Below are positions 46,720 to 61,299 of a stretch of DNA of 64,000 nt, in pieces. Made by a program: the position numbers and the translations under genes. Source of the DNA: Octopus vulgaris (Eukaryota); contig OX597814.1 in the NCBI GenBank assembly GCA_951406725.2, forward strand, positions 119,102,001 to 119,166,000, in the 5' to 3' direction. The notes under the pieces were generated by a model. The model ran no database searches. It was not told where the DNA came from and worked only from the letters and a program-made list of their open reading frames with translations. The first letter of the stretch is position 1, and every line of letters starts with the position of its first letter.

Positions 46720-48400
46720 CTGCTACATTGGAAACTATTCGAAAAGTTTCTTATGTGGGCTAGAGTAAGGCAAGACGTGGTATGAGCACAAACTGCAGAG
46801 AGTGGCAGAGTCGAAGACTAGCAAAACCCTCTGGGATTTCACAATGAAAACGGATCAGTTGCTAGAACATAACAGACCAGATCAAGTGGTGGTGGACAAG
46901 ATGCATCACATACGCTACATAGTTGATGTTGCCTGCCTCTTTGACCCGCGAATTGTCAAGAAGGAAGGTGAAAAGATAAATAAATACAACCGTCTTAAGT
47001 ACGAAAGAGCCCGCCTATGGAAATGGTAAATGTGAAGATGGTGCCAATTAATTTCGGGTCCTTGAGAACAGTATCAGAAGGCGTCGAGGGAATATAAAGG
47101 AAACTAGGTTTGCCTCCTTGACATGACCAGAATAATCAGGTAAGTATTAGATATCTGGAAGGAATGGATAGCATGGTACTGTAGGTAGCAGGTAAGAAGC
47201 CCGCTACTCATGTAAGTCTCCAGAGCTCTAACAAAACCTGGGATAAAGAGAAATGATAACAAGAAAAACAAATGACAGGGTTTAGGATGTACCACGCAAT
47301 ATCTGACATAGAAAATTTATATACACAACGTATTGAATGTGACAGAGGCCTTATAAAGCTAGAAAACTATTACAAAATAAACACCATAGGACTACAGACA
47401 TGCCTACTTCAGAAGCAAGGAAGACTAATACAAATAGCCACAAAGCACGAACGAAATAAAAGACTGTTTTCTGTCTTTAAAGAATCTGGCCAATACAAAA
47501 ATGAAGTCATAGTACCTAACAACTATGAAGAAAGAGAAGAAACAACAAAAGCTGTAAAACATCTGAAATCCAGGCTAAAACTGGAACAGGAACATATGCT
47601 AGAACGATGTCAAATACTGAGTTAACCTAAATAGAAAAGAAATAGACAAAGCAAAATCCCGACAATAGCTGAGACGCTCATAATTCAAAGTAGAGACTGA
47701 AGGATTTTTAATTGCAGCACATGAGCAAAGCCTTCCCAACAGAAATTATCAAAAAAAAAACACGCAATGAAAAGAAATACAAATAACTGCAGAATATGTG
47801 GTGATGGAGAAGAAGCGTAGGGCTCAATCCCATTAAAACTTCAAGACTTCTTAACCACTAAAAATCCCATGCAAGTTTGGTGTCTTGCAAAAAGCAGCGT
47901 TATTGGGCACAACGCACATCTTAAGGAAAGGATTATCTTTCTGAGGACTTTGTTGTGACTTGACTGATCTCTAATGACTTCAGTGCATTTTTACCTACAC
48001 TATGTTATGAAGGAATAATAATAATAAAAATCGAAAGACTAAGAACACGATACTGGCAGCACGAAACCAAGCTTTGGCCAGAAGGTGGAGGGTTAGCCTT
48101 AGGAATGAGCATCTGCACAGAGTAGAAGAAATAATTGCCCATATCGTGGACTTGCTGCAAAACTTTACAACTTGTGGCGACACAATGAACTAGCGCAAGT
48201 GTTGAATTGAAAACTCTGCGAAAAGTGGGGTCTGGAGAGAAGGAATACGTTGTATGTGTACAAACCAACGAGAGTGGTAGAGTCGGAAACCTGCAAAGTC
48301 CTGTGCGATTTCCCAGTCCAAACAGATTAAATACTAGAGCATAACAAACCGGACTTAGTGGTGGCGAACACGGTGCCCCACATATACTATATAATTGATG
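46720..48400 (+). pseudogene. Cluster of decayed R4/Dong-type (restriction-like endonuclease) non-LTR retrotransposon fragments
   Basis: LWDFTMKTDQLLEHNRPD.VVVDK...IVDVA..FD.RIVKKEGEKINKY (PD-(D/E)xK domain), HAISDIENLY..R...RGL (RT thumb), ETEGFLIAA.EQSL..RNY...CRICG (CCHC region), and a second HNKPDLVV copy near 48340. (TAA)n runs are adjacent. Confidence 0.8.
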
Positions 48401-49774
48401 ATACAGAATCTCCACGTAGTCTCATTTGATCAATGGCTACGTAAATACTCTTCCTTAGAAATTATTTTTGCTAATATCTGAATCTCTTTTGACATAACTC
48501 GGAACATCAGAGTATGGTGAGACTTCTATGCGTGTGAAAATCTAACTAATATGAAATTGAGTCAAACATATATAAAACATACACACAGACACACATATTC
48601 TTATATATTGTATAGATCATGGACTGATTTAAGTTTATTGCAGTATTTGTGATTTAACTCTGTATCATAGAAATAAATAATGTATCTCTCGACTTAGATA
48701 ATTGAGCAGTATTTTAATTAAAACATTTAAGTTGCTAAAATGAGGAAATTACAAAACAATTTCATGATCAATGGATATTTAGTGCTACAATCTAAAGTGT
48801 TCCTTAAATCAATGGTATACTTAGCCAGTCATTAGACATATTTTGTCTGCTGCTACGTAGTAGTGATTTTCCTACTAATCAATACAATACATACAACTAT
48901 ATTAGTTCACTAATGTTACTGATTTTTGTTATCTCGTTCTGAAAATATTTCAGCAGAACGTTTAATTAGGTGTTATTTTAAAATCGGTACATTCAAATTT
49001 AATTGGAAGCAGAATCTAATGGAAAATACTAAAAGACAAGCGTAAATTAAGTCGGTTTAATGGATTTTAGATAGTGATTAACGTAGAAAGTTCCTGCTCA
49101 ACTATAATTAACGCTCTTCTCGTCTAATATTTATTACACTACGATGAATATATAATGTGTCAAGAAAAGGCACATAGATATAGCTGGCATATTGGAAAAT
49201 CTACTCACGAAATGCGAAACAGAATGTGAAAGTTAATAGAAGAAACTAAAATCTTCCAATTACCGTTTATTCTGTACTAGAAAATCTTTGTCTTAACATG
49301 ATGAAGTGATTATTCAAATGATATTCTACTTGAAAATGAAGAATATTTAACTAATAATTGAATTCCTTCTGTCAACAACGTTTAGAATATAATTTACATA
49401 TAAACAGCCAGGTAAAAACCAGCTTGTTAAATTTTTACGATACCTGAAAAACAAAATATATACTTTAATAAGAAAACCATTGTATAACTTTTCAGACTTC
49501 GAAATTACAAAGTCTATCCAAAACAAAAAGATTGTGTTAGGCATACTACAGAATGCCAAGTATACAATGCTGAATCAACATAATTCAACAAATATTAAGT
49601 ATTATTTTCAGAGATAATTCATGAGTGTATAATATTCTAATGAATGTTACATGTATATTCTGTATGGGCATGACTTGGAACTGAATCCGATACTGGGGCC
49701 TTGGATCGGGCGTTCAACTCTGATCCGGAGAAGTATCACGTCTTAGTGTTCCAGCTATCGGTTAACTATCATGT

Positions 49775-49920
49775 AAAGTAGTGTGGCCTTGTGACTTGAA
49801 TGATGCAATCGCGAGATCATGGTTTCCATTCCCAGACCAACTGTGTGTTGTGTTCTCGACTTAGACACTTGATTTCAAGCTGGTTCAGTCCACTCAGCTG
49901 TAAATAGGAAACCTTATGAT
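49775..49920 (+). mobile_element. SINE family 4, degenerate
   Basis: GTTGTGTTCTCGACTTAGACACTTGATTTCA...CAGTCCACTCAGCTGTAAAT. Confidence 0.5.
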
Positions 49921-52054
49921 CGATTCGAAATAAGACTGAAGTGATGGATCAAGAAAATAACCCGAATAGTTGAACAGTGGCAAATATTATGCTTCTATTA
50001 CGCAGCTTCTATTCCAAACCTAATGCAGAATACTATGACTAAAACGAGAGGGAGAGAGGAGGAGGAGGAGGATTATCATCACTGCTAGATAGAATGTAGT
50101 ACAATTCAAAGCACACCTTTTAAATCACTGATTCAGCGACGATTATGGACCTCATAAGCCTCAGTGTACTTTATGAAATGAGGGAGATATACCTCGACGG
50201 TGAAGGGGGTTTATAAAGATGAATTAATGAAACAAGAAGGAAGACCGAACCAGACAAAATTTCCTTAATTACAAGAGATATAATATTATAGTTTACTCTT
50301 CATTAGAATACAAATTTATAAGTAATGAAGGCGAGTGAACACATGCATTTACAAGCAAGCACCCTCGCCCACACACACACACATATTGCACCCAACTCGT
50401 GATGGCTGAAATGTTATTGGTTTTATTCTTTCTTTTCCTCATCATCAGAAAATACAGACAGTCTTCCGGCAGACTCATGCACAAGGCATTTCTACCGAGG
50501 CTTTAATACAATTTCCCCAAGAAATTCGAAGTACGTGTTATTATACAATGGATATTTTTTTTCTTTGAGACTGTATTATGATTTAAGAAGGGTTTTACTA
50601 CTTTGGAGGTCGAATAATAAAGCCCAGGTTTGTTCGTCAATTTTTGTTTCTGAGTGATAAAATAGTGCAACATCATTGTGACTGTGCATAATCATACATT
50701 CCTAAAATTCTCAAGTAAATCTTACAGGTTTGGTATTCTCTTCAATAATATTCACTCGCCTCTACACATTTGCGGCAACCGGTATCATATCGAATGGAGA
50801 AAATGGCTAACTCAGTAATAGAAGAGAAGTTAGTCTTTCTTGATTGCATAATTTAAAAGGACTACAAATGTAAAGTGAATCTTGCTACTAAGTGGGTTCT
50901 CATGTTATCAATTTTACATCATTCTTTAGTAAGATTCTAAGATTACGTCCCGTTGTATTAGATAGTAAGAAAGTAAATTCCCTCCATCCAAATTCTTGCT
51001 ATATTAAACAATTCGGTTCACTTTGCTAATGCTATATCGTGGCGCCTAAATTACATAATCGAGAGAATACATTAACGAGAAAATTCCACAAGAAAATCCA
51101 CCAAGTGTCATGTTCAACACCACATTCGATACATCTTCCTGTTTGAAGTAGAACCTTTACTAACACGATTTATAAGCAAGTATGATAGAGGACTATACAT
51201 AATTGGATTCAGCACATTCATCTATTTTACTCTCAGATCATTGACACAAAAGAAATTCATCTCCTAATCGTTGAATAATAAATTTGAAAAGAGACTGAGA
51301 ACGATTCAATGAAGCAACCGAACTGAAATCCATGCTGCTGTACGAAATTTCCTATAACAAGCAGGAGTTGTTATTGGACAGGTTTGCAGTAGGTTGGTTT
51401 TTCTTCTATTATATATACGTCTTCATCTTTTGCGCTGCTTAATTTTACTTGCAGTAAAATTATCTTTAATAACATAATTCTGTGTAAAAGGTCAAGATTA
51501 ATGTTTATGCAATAGCGTTGTAAAGGACCTCTTCTTCAATGGTTCAATAGGAAAAACCAGCCGTCCGCCTACTTCTGCATGAAAGCTTGTTATTAAGTCA
51601 GCCAATGCAATTCATATACTTAGACCCAGTTATTCTATTACATGAAAACATGTCCAAAATGACAAGCTATATAAGAGAAGAAAAAAATCTAAATCAGCGA
51701 CAACTATATTGCTTCCTAATCGATTTCCGAATATGATCGATGCCAGTGAATATCCGCTAAAATTAAAATATATCGTCAGAGAATGCGTCTTTATTATATA
51801 TTACTTTCATCTTTCGTTTAAGTTAGACATCGGTGCTGTGATATGCCACATAAATCCTATCATTTTACCATGTTCATATTGATGATGCTTCAGACGCATT
51901 CAATGAAGACATCTTCCTGGCGAGCAAAAGTGCGTCACTTGTCAAAGCGGTCGGACAATCCAAAACAATCTCTTCTATCTCAACGACTATATTAGCTTTT
52001 CTTGCCATGCGAAAAATATCGCAAACATATCACAACTACAGCCATGATGTCTCC

Positions 52055-52088
<34 letters not shown>

Positions 52089-52169
52089 GTGAGGGCAGTG
52101 CATACCATCAAAGTGACACTGGGTTATTATTATCACTATTAATGTTGTCGTTGTTGTTGCAGTTATTTA

Positions 52170-52375
52170 AGGCGCCAAGGTAGCAGATCCGTTCGTGCGT
52201 CGAACTAAATCTTTAGTAGCATGTCTTCTGTCTCTTTACATTGTGATTTCAAATCTTGCGAGGGGTCAACTTTATCTCTATAGAGCCAATTAAATAAAAC
52301 ACCATTCAAACACTGACGTCGATTCAGTAGGTCTTCTCTTGGTTTCAAAGTGTTGACCTTCTACCCAAACTTGAA
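52170..52375 (+). mobile_element. SINE family 2, very old copy
   Basis: GGCGCCAAGGTAGCAGATCCGTT...TTCAAATCTTGCGAGGGGTCAACTTT follows the family 2 motif order. Confidence 0.5.
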
Positions 52376-52408
52376 TGAATTATTCTTTTAAAGCAGTGAA
52401 AAAGCACA

Positions 52409-52447
<39 letters not shown>

Positions 52448-52681
52448 CTATGTGTGTACGAATGTGTGTGTGTGTATATATACCTATGTCCATGTGCGTA
52501 TGGCTATATAATATATATATAGAGAGAGAAAGACAGAAGAGTACAGTTTCTGCGGTATTTCCGGCATTTCTTTAGCATCGTGTTCGGGAGAGCCGTTATA
52601 AGAAGAGACCATGCCTATTTTCAGCATAGACATGTTCTCTTCCATACCTTAAATTAGAATTGTATTTTATACTATTATAAA

Positions 52682-52736
<55 letters not shown>

Positions 52737-52997
52737 GTATATATTTTTGCTTGAATCTCTCTCTCTCTCTCTCTCTCTCTGTATACATACAAACATATAT
52801 ATATTCAAATATATATACATATATACATTTATATATTCAACATGTAAAACCCGTAATCCAGACACATTTTTCTCCATCTGATTTTTCTCCTCACATCTTT
52901 CTGCAGAAGTACGTAGGCTCGAAACCTCAAAATAATTCACACTGTTATTCCTACGTCCATCTCCGTCTTTTGTCACTTGCATGATCCCGCACCGTGT

Positions 52998-53031
<34 letters not shown>

Positions 53032-53696
53032 ATGTGTGTGTGCATGTGTGTTATGTGTGTGCATGCTTTGGTGTAATTGTAATTGTAGCAAGTAATATTG
53101 AAGGATGCATCATTGATATATAAGTTTTACACAAATAATTATATAAATAATGTTAATCATACAGTGTCAAAAGATCAGGCTCCGACATAATTATACACCG
53201 ATATAATTACACAATGATTTAGAAGGGAAATAATTTTAGCGCTGCTATACCATTAGAGTATGCGCGAGCATCATGGTACAAAATAGTAACGTTTCCCCAT
53301 GTAAATAAAAGAGCTTCGTACAGAGAAATATGAGCAGTTAAGTGTGAAATTGGTTTCGTAATAGATAAAACAAAATGAAAGTTAATAAATAATCGGAGAA
53401 AAGAAATATTTCTTTGATCGATAACTGTTAATTAAACCGGCGTTAAGATACAGTCTTTGTCTTTGAGAATGTAATTTTATACATTGAATTAAGTATCAAT
53501 TAATGTTTTTCTAGCATGATTTTTCAATAAAGATTTTTTTTTCTTGTTCTAATACTTTGTTCGTTCGTGTGTTTTTCGTTATTTGATTCCAGACATGGAG
53601 TTCGTTATTCGTGCTTGTTTTCAGTTGTATTTGAAATATATAATATATTATAATTCATATATTCGTATATAATTTCGTGTTAAAAACATTTTTTTA

Positions 53697-53908
53697 TCTT
53701 TTCTTTTCTTTTATTACTTTTAGTCATTTGACTGCGGCCATGCTGGAGCACCGCCTTTAGTCGAAAAAAAAATCGACCCCAGGACTTATTCTTTGTAAAC
53801 CTAGTAATTATTCTATCGGCCTCTCTTGCCGAACCACTAAGTGATGGGGACTTAACACATCATCATCAGTTGTCAAGCGATGTTGGGGGGGACAATCACA
53901 GACACACA

Positions 53909-53965
<57 letters not shown>

Positions 53966-54110
53966 GACGGGCTTCTTTCAGTTTCTGTTTACCAAATCCA
54001 CTGACAAGGCTTTGGTCAGCCCGAGGTTATAGTAGAAGACTCTTGCCCAAGGTGCCACGCAGTGAGACTGAACCTGGAACCATGTGGTTGGTAAACAAGC
54101 AACTTACCAC
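53697..54110 (-). mobile_element. SINE family 1, near full-length
   Basis: It contains CTGCGGCCATGCTGGAGCACCGCC (53732-53755), the body, internal (TA)n and most of the head. Confidence 0.9.
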
Positions 54111-54699
54111 GTGCACACTCGCACGCACGCACGCACACACACACGCGCACATATATGTATATATATACCTCATTCTATATTTGGTTTGGTGATACAAAAA
54201 GAAAAAATGGAATGTTTATGTGTGCGTGTGTGTGTTATTATTCTTCGATAGAAGTTAGAGTGACACAAGGTGATAGAATTTCGCGGTATATGTATATACA
54301 CAAAAGTTATGTCGGAGATATCAAGCCTACTTAATTACAATTGATAAATTGCCTGCTTGTTTATTACTTTCTTTTCCCTTTCATATTAGTTGTATCCTGA
54401 TCAGACGTAGGCTTTCCTGTCGTATCTCTTCAAGCTTTTGTTGGAAATAGGGTTTGTAAGACGAGAATAAAGGACACGCGAGATTTGGAGGCATTGTATA
54501 TTTGGTTTACTGACCATATAGAAGTTCTTTATTTGGTTCGTACGTATGGTATGTATATGTATCTATATCCGTATGGGCTTATATATGTGTGCGCGTCTAT
54601 GTGTTTGTGAGTCTGTGTGCATCCGTGTGTATGCATATGTGTGTGTGCCTGTGTGTATGTGTATGTGTGTATGTGTGTAACTATACAAAAGTCTGCTTT

Positions 54700-55100
54700 G
54701 ATTCTCATTAGATCTTCATATCTCTGTTAAACATATATGCCATAGGGTATATACCGAAATTTTTCGATGGTATTATTTCCACGTACGAAATCTCACTTGG
54801 TGTTTACATGTTCCCTCACATATCGTTTCCACGATCCTACTAACGTATCCATACCGTTAAGAAAAGCAATGAAAGGACTAATACATAGTCCAAGTATATC
54901 TGGTTCTTGAAAGACACGATATCCGTTACTTTTTTATAAGTCACTGCATATTTCCTCTTTCGCATCAACATATACCAGTACTAGCTTCCCTCCATAAGTT
55001 CGTTACCCGCTTTGATTTAATGAAGAAATTACTAACCTTATTCCATGATTAAAGGGTTGAAATTCGAAACTATCGTGGAATCGTCAAATTTGATTACATG
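54700..55100 (-). pseudogene. Highly decayed LINE RT fragment
   Basis: Minus-strand remnants resembling PISLL and QxGFR occur in the expected order. Confidence 0.3.
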
Positions 55101-55639
55101 GTCTCTATAACCGAGCAATAATTTAAGAGACTGCTCTGATACATTAGCTTTTACATCAATTAAGTGACCTCGGTTCCTTCTTCTTCGAATATTAGTAAAC
55201 GCTGAAGCGATTCAAAAGATTCTCCGAACGCACAGGCAAGATTAATGTATCTCAGGATTTAATACTTGCTCACCTACTCCTTTATTCTACAGATCTAATT
55301 CTACACTATCAACCCAAACGTAGACGAACCTCCAACAATGAGTTCTAGTATTTCTTATTCGAATTTTAAAAAATAGCCGATGTTTATTTTATCTACGTGA
55401 TGTTATTTATTTATCCACAAACTAAGGCGTACTGAGGCTTTGCCAGTAAGAAACTAACCCAGGAATATTCACACGATCGGAAAGACAAAACGAAGGAGCG
55501 TAACACGGGCTGCATTAAATACGATTCCAACTCTGTTACAAAATACATTGTATACTCTATTAATAGTGAATGTTATATCCATGAATACACACTTATATAC
55601 ACACAAACATTTACAAACCCCGCCCAGTTCTCTCTCTCT

Positions 55640-55643
55640 CTGC

Positions 55644-55701
<58 letters not shown>

Positions 55702-55859
55702 ATATATACATACATAAATACACATACGTATAGAGACATATCTATATATATATATTCATACATATATATATGTATATTTTTATATACATACATATATATA
55801 TATGTATATATATACATACATACATATACATGTATATATATATATATATACATATATGT

Positions 55860-55898
<39 letters not shown>

Positions 55899-55939
55899 CA
55901 TGTATATACGTACATATATATAGAGAGAGACACACACAG

Positions 55940-56000
<61 letters not shown>

Positions 56001-56045
56001 TACATACATACATACATACATACATACATACATACATACACATAT
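55640..56045. repeat. Compound (TA)/(CA)/(TACA) microsatellite, representative of dozens in the window
   Basis: Directly visible. Similar tracts lie at 2925, 7710, 9890, 16290, 18830, 36170, 58420 and 60490. Confidence 0.95.
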
Positions 56046-56887
56046 GAAGTTGATACATTGCTATACAAGCATACAAACACATGCATGTGTTTACATAAAG
56101 ATAAAATATGTGCCTGCTCATCTGTAAGAGTGCGTATATATGCATATGTATATATATATGTATGCTTTTGTCGTCCATTTTAGAAATCTAAAACTTGGAT
56201 TTTTGTGCTACTTACTCGAGATTAATATTATAAATGAGAGCGAAAGGAATTAAATATTGTCCTGTCACATCACATACTAACAGAAAAGAAATCATGTTTT
56301 ACATATACATTGTCAGATTTCTTGCATTAAGAATTAATTCTAGAATTCAGATTCGATTATACATTTTGGTGAGTAGAATAAAAACAAAATATTCAATATA
56401 AAATACTTTTTTGAATCGTGAAAGTTCATAATTTATACCATACACACATCATTATTATTATTATGGAACATTTCTTAGTGCGTAGGAGTAAAATGTTTGG
56501 TCAATGAGGTATTGGTGAGGTCAACGAGCTATTGGTGATGTCAAATTTTAGGAAGATTATTCCTTGTATATTTAATCTTTTCCATTAAGATATTCGCCGA
56601 AAGCCGAACAAGAAATCAATAGATGAAATGTAGCATTGATTTATACAAAATATTCTGTATTTGCTACCGATTTTCCACACGATTCACTGCATATACTTTT
56701 CAGTCATAAATGGCTCGAATATTAAAAGCATCCGTATAGTGGTTTTACAAATTCAAGCATAAATATATCCGTTATAGTTCATATTGTATACTTAAACAAC
56801 GTTTTTGTTTATTTTACAGAACTGTAAACTTATGCTATAAGATCCATCGAATCTCAATACACATATTACGAAAACTAGTTTTAAGGG

Positions 56888-56967
<80 letters not shown>

Positions 56968-56974
56968 AATTGAA

Positions 56975-57140
56975 GGCGCGTGGCTTATTGGTTAGGGCAT
57001 TCGGCTCACGATCGTAAAGTCGTGAGTTCAATTACTGGATACGCATTGTGTCCCCTTGAGCAAAAGTCTTTATTTCACGTTGCTATTCTCCACTCAGCTG
57101 GCAAAAATGAGTACTACCTGAATTTCAAAGGGCTGGCCAT
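56975..57140 (+). mobile_element. SINE family 4 with tRNA-like head
   Basis: GGCGCGTGGCTTATTGGTTAGGG (A box), GAGTTCAATT (B box), then TTTCACGTTGCT..CCACTCAGCTGG. Confidence 0.75.
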
Positions 57141-57169
57141 ATCATTGTTTATTAAGATTGGGTTTGAAT

Positions 57170-57900
57170 TTATTAAAAAAGACCTTTCCATCTCAGTTTT
57201 CTCTCGATTTCATTCAGATTATGAAAGGGAAATATTATAAATATTTTCAGGCCACATGTTGCTAGGTGGTTGCTCAGCGGTATTTGGCGGATATCTGGAT
57301 TTTTAAGTTACTGTCGGTGTACACGTGAGCGTTCTGATAGTGCATGCCTGTCTGGCCAACATACAGTTCTTCACAATTCGGGCATTTGATGCAGTAGATA
57401 AAATTTCTGCTTTTGTAGTTCATATCTGCGTTTGTGAATATTTTCCCCATTTTTGTGTTCATATATGGGCCGGCATGAATTAATTGGCATGTACCGCTCG
57501 GCTATCATTGCGTTTAGACACAGTGAATGGTTGGTCTTTGTTGCTAAGGTCAGACCTTGCCTTTGTTAATAACTTTTTCAAGCTTTTAGGCTGTCTTTTA
57601 CTGAGAGTTATAGTTTGGTCTGTAATGATATCTCTTAATTCCTTACTTTGAGCAATGATTGGTAGGTTTGCTTTAGGGATATTGCAGATGTTCTGGTGGA
57701 ATGGATTGTGCGTCACCATAAATGATATGATTTTTTCTTGTTTTTCTTTGTGTTGTCCTCAGTTATTGTGTGGGTATTTTCGGAGCCCCGGAATGCCATT
57801 TTCTATAAGTAGTGATGGGTATTTTTGTTTGAGCAGAAATTCATTCAGTTCCAACAGGGACTGAGTCCTGATCTTCGAATCTTCTACTATATGAATTTTA
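57170..57900 (-). pseudogene. Decayed Penelope-like element: RT C-terminus and GIY-YIG endonuclease
   Basis: VTHNP...KRQPKSLKKLL followed by NFIYCIKCPNCEELYVGQTG (GIY-YIG with CxxC). The frames are broken. Confidence 0.8.
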
Positions 57901-58944
57901 TAGATGTGATTGTACTAATAATTGTGTGCATGTGCGGCGAAGCGTGGTTTTAAAGGTTTTAATATACATTAAATATGCAGAGATACACATTCGCACAAAC
58001 ATATATATACCTATTTTGATATACATGCATTCCTCTTATTTATTGCAAATGTTCTCTGTCTATCTATCTATCTATCTATCTATTTATCTATCTACCACTA
58101 AATTTTTAATAGTATATTGAGATTCATTGAGCAATTTCGGAAAGCTTGCATCGAAGAATAGTTATCGTTTGTCTTCAATATTTGTAAACATAATCTGTAA
58201 TTTAAAGAAAAAATTTGACATAGCGCATAAGGACGTTTCTGTAGAATTTACATAGCTGGTCATGTTATAATTACCATAGCTAAAATATAAATTTTTGAGT
58301 GAATTTGAAACGAAGTTCTTTCACTCACTATTTTGAATGATTTAAATATATATCTGTTTATTCAGTTTTATCACAAAACAAATACACATTCCATCAAATA
58401 TACATCCATACATACACACATGCGTATGTATGTATGTACGTATGTATGTATTTATGTGTGTGTATGTATGCATGTATGTACGTATGTATGTATTTATGTG
58501 TGTGTATGTACGTATGTATGTATGTATGTATGTATGTATGTATGTATGTATGTATGTATGTATGTATGTATGTGTGAATGTATGTATGGATGTATGTATG
58601 TATGTAAGCATTCATTTCCTTTGAAGTCACACAGGATGATATTGAAACAATTGTAGCAAATAATAAAATTATATTTGTTTGTAAACTAGAAACAATATCA
58701 GGAATTTGGGTGGGACGATGAATCAATAATATCGATCCTTGTGCTTGACTGAAACGTTATATTATCGGAAGGATGAAAGAGAAAATTATCCTCGACTGAA
58801 TTTGTACTCAGAACGGAAAGAACCGGAAAAAATACGGTAAAGAGATTTTTTTTTCCCAACGCCCTAAACAAACTGCCTCGTAATATTTGTTTTAAATTTT
58901 GGCACACAGACAGGAATTTTGATGGAAATGGATAATGCAATAGC

Positions 58945-59283
58945 ATCGAACCCAGTTTTTCACTGATATTTTAGTTTATTGACGCTCAAAGAATGACGGG
59001 CAAATGTGATCCTGTCGAGATTGGAACTCATATCATAAAACCCGGAAGAAATGCTACTAAGCGTTTTACCCGACACGTTAAAACTTTGTCCAGCTGGTTA
59101 CTTTAATAATATTAATAATAATGATTTTAAATTTGGCACAAAACCATCAGTGTCGGGGAAGTGAGGAAGTGAATTACATTGGCCTCCAATACTTAATCGG
59201 TATTTATTTTATCGTCCCCAAAAAGATGAAATGCAAAGTCGACCTCGGTAGAATTTGAACTCAGAACATAAATACAGACAAAA
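58945..59283 (-). mobile_element. Two degenerate SINE family 2 copies
   Basis: TTTTATCGTCCCCAAAAGATGAAATGCAAAGTCGACCTCGGTAGAATTTGAACTCAGAAC, with a more decayed version just upstream. Confidence 0.7.
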
Positions 59284-59463
59284 TGAAGAAGAAGAAGAAG
59301 AAGAAGAAGAAGAAGAAGAAGAAGAAGAAGAAGAGGAGGAGGAGGAGGAGGAGAATAAGGAGGAGGAGAAGAAGGAGGACGAGAAGAAGAAGGAGAAGAA
59401 GAAAAAGGAGAAGGAGAAGAAGAAGAAGAAGAAGAAGAAGAAGAAGAAGAAGAAGAAGAAGAA
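59284..59463. repeat. Polypurine (GAA)n/(GGA)n tract, ~180 bp
   Basis: Directly visible. Confidence 0.95.
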
Positions 59464-59904
59464 TTCGACAATGGTCGTGCTAATATATCTGAAATTACTA
59501 CTGAAGTGTTCAAAATAACAAGGTACCGGGTGGGGTGAGGTGGGGGAGAAATAAATAGAAAGATTAAAAAAATAGAAATTCGGCTTGTATTTGAGAAATA
59601 TTTACATATTGTATTATAGTTCCTATCCGAATGCGAAATCTTACATTTGGAATACGAAATGTACTCTTTGTGAGATTTAACATAAAAACAAACGGCATTT
59701 GAAATAACTTCCGAATCGATTTATGTTACACGAAATTTCCGGTTTGTGACAGCCAAAGACACCGCATTTATAAGCAAGAAAACTTCAAACGCAGTTTCTT
59801 TTCCTCATCCATCAGAATAATATATTTGACTGCCGACATGCCCACATGAATATACCGAATATATACATACATATACATACACACACACACCTTTATGTAT
59901 GCAT

Positions 59905-60004
<100 letters not shown>

Positions 60005-60355
60005 GTGGACAACAGAAGAAAGGGGCACTCAACACGGTTTCATAGAAGTTACATATGATATTTAATATAAGTTTCATTCAGCTGCAGGTAAATTAATGTG
60101 TCATTAGCTCGTTAAACAAATCTATCTCGTCAGATAATACGAGTCCAAAATGGCTTCTAGATGGCTTATTACTCAACGCGGCTCACGTGGTGTCATAAAT
60201 ATGGTTGCCATATTAGTGCCTATTTTGTATCCCAATTTAAAACCCTAGGACGACGTAGTAAGACAATGTTGGTGGCGACAAACTATCGAAGACGTGGGAT
60301 TTGGTTTGTTTGCAACATGAGGTCGTTGATGTGTGTGTGTGTGTGTGTTTGTCTG

Positions 60356-60388
<33 letters not shown>

Positions 60389-60492
60389 AGTAGAGAGAAA
60401 TACTGTCCTGATAAATGCTTAAACACACACACATACACTCACACACACACACACAGATGTATACATACATATATATATATATAGAGAGAGAG

Positions 60493-60629
<137 letters not shown>

Positions 60630-60715
60630 TATGTGTGTGTATGTATGCAGGGGTCATTTGCCCAAAGTGCCACGCAGTGGGACAGAACTCAGAACCATGT
60701 TTTGGGGAATCAACC

Positions 60716-60762
<47 letters not shown>

Positions 60763-61299
60763 GGAGAGAGAGAGATAGAGAGAGAGATATATACAGAGAG
60801 AGAGAGACAGACAGACAGACAGAGAATGATCCTATTACTTATAGTTTGTTATATATTTCTGTAGAAGTTTTCAGTGGAAGAATTTTACGCGTGCATCTTG
60901 CATGTTAATATAAAAGGGAATAATGCAAAATGATTTGATTGATTCGAAAAGATTTTTATTATTTAGAATTCCGCGTGGATGTGTTTGTTTAAATACACGT
61001 ATACACAATTATAAATGTGTGTATGCATGTAAACGGTTACGTAATGTTTATATGCTTATGCTTTGATTCCTATTTGTATATGGTTCTGTGTGCAGAATTG
61101 TGTGAGATTCTGGTTGTGATAGAAGTAATTATATAAATATATAAATAGAAGCAATGGGAGCGTTTTATTTCTTTCTGTTTGTAACTTGATTTAAGAGGTG
61201 AATTCGAGTACAAAGCAAAGAAATCACCATCCGATGTACAATTGTTTAGAAATATATTATTTTTCGTGTGTACATTTCGGTTGTGAAATATCAAGAATA

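Noticed and set aside
48420-52050. Microsatellite-poor stretch considered as possible host exons
   Set aside because: It has no sustained ORF or convincing splice-bounded coding segment. A faint minus-strand LDxxxAFDKVxH-like trace near 51950 suggests ancient LINE debris but is too weak to call.
56499-56545. 20-bp unit repeated ~2.3 times (GGTCAA.GAG.TATTGGTGA)
   Set aside because: It is a short ordinary tandem duplication with no further structure.
59193-59518. Poly-E/K/R/S ORFs
   Set aside because: They are translations of the GAA/GGA tract.
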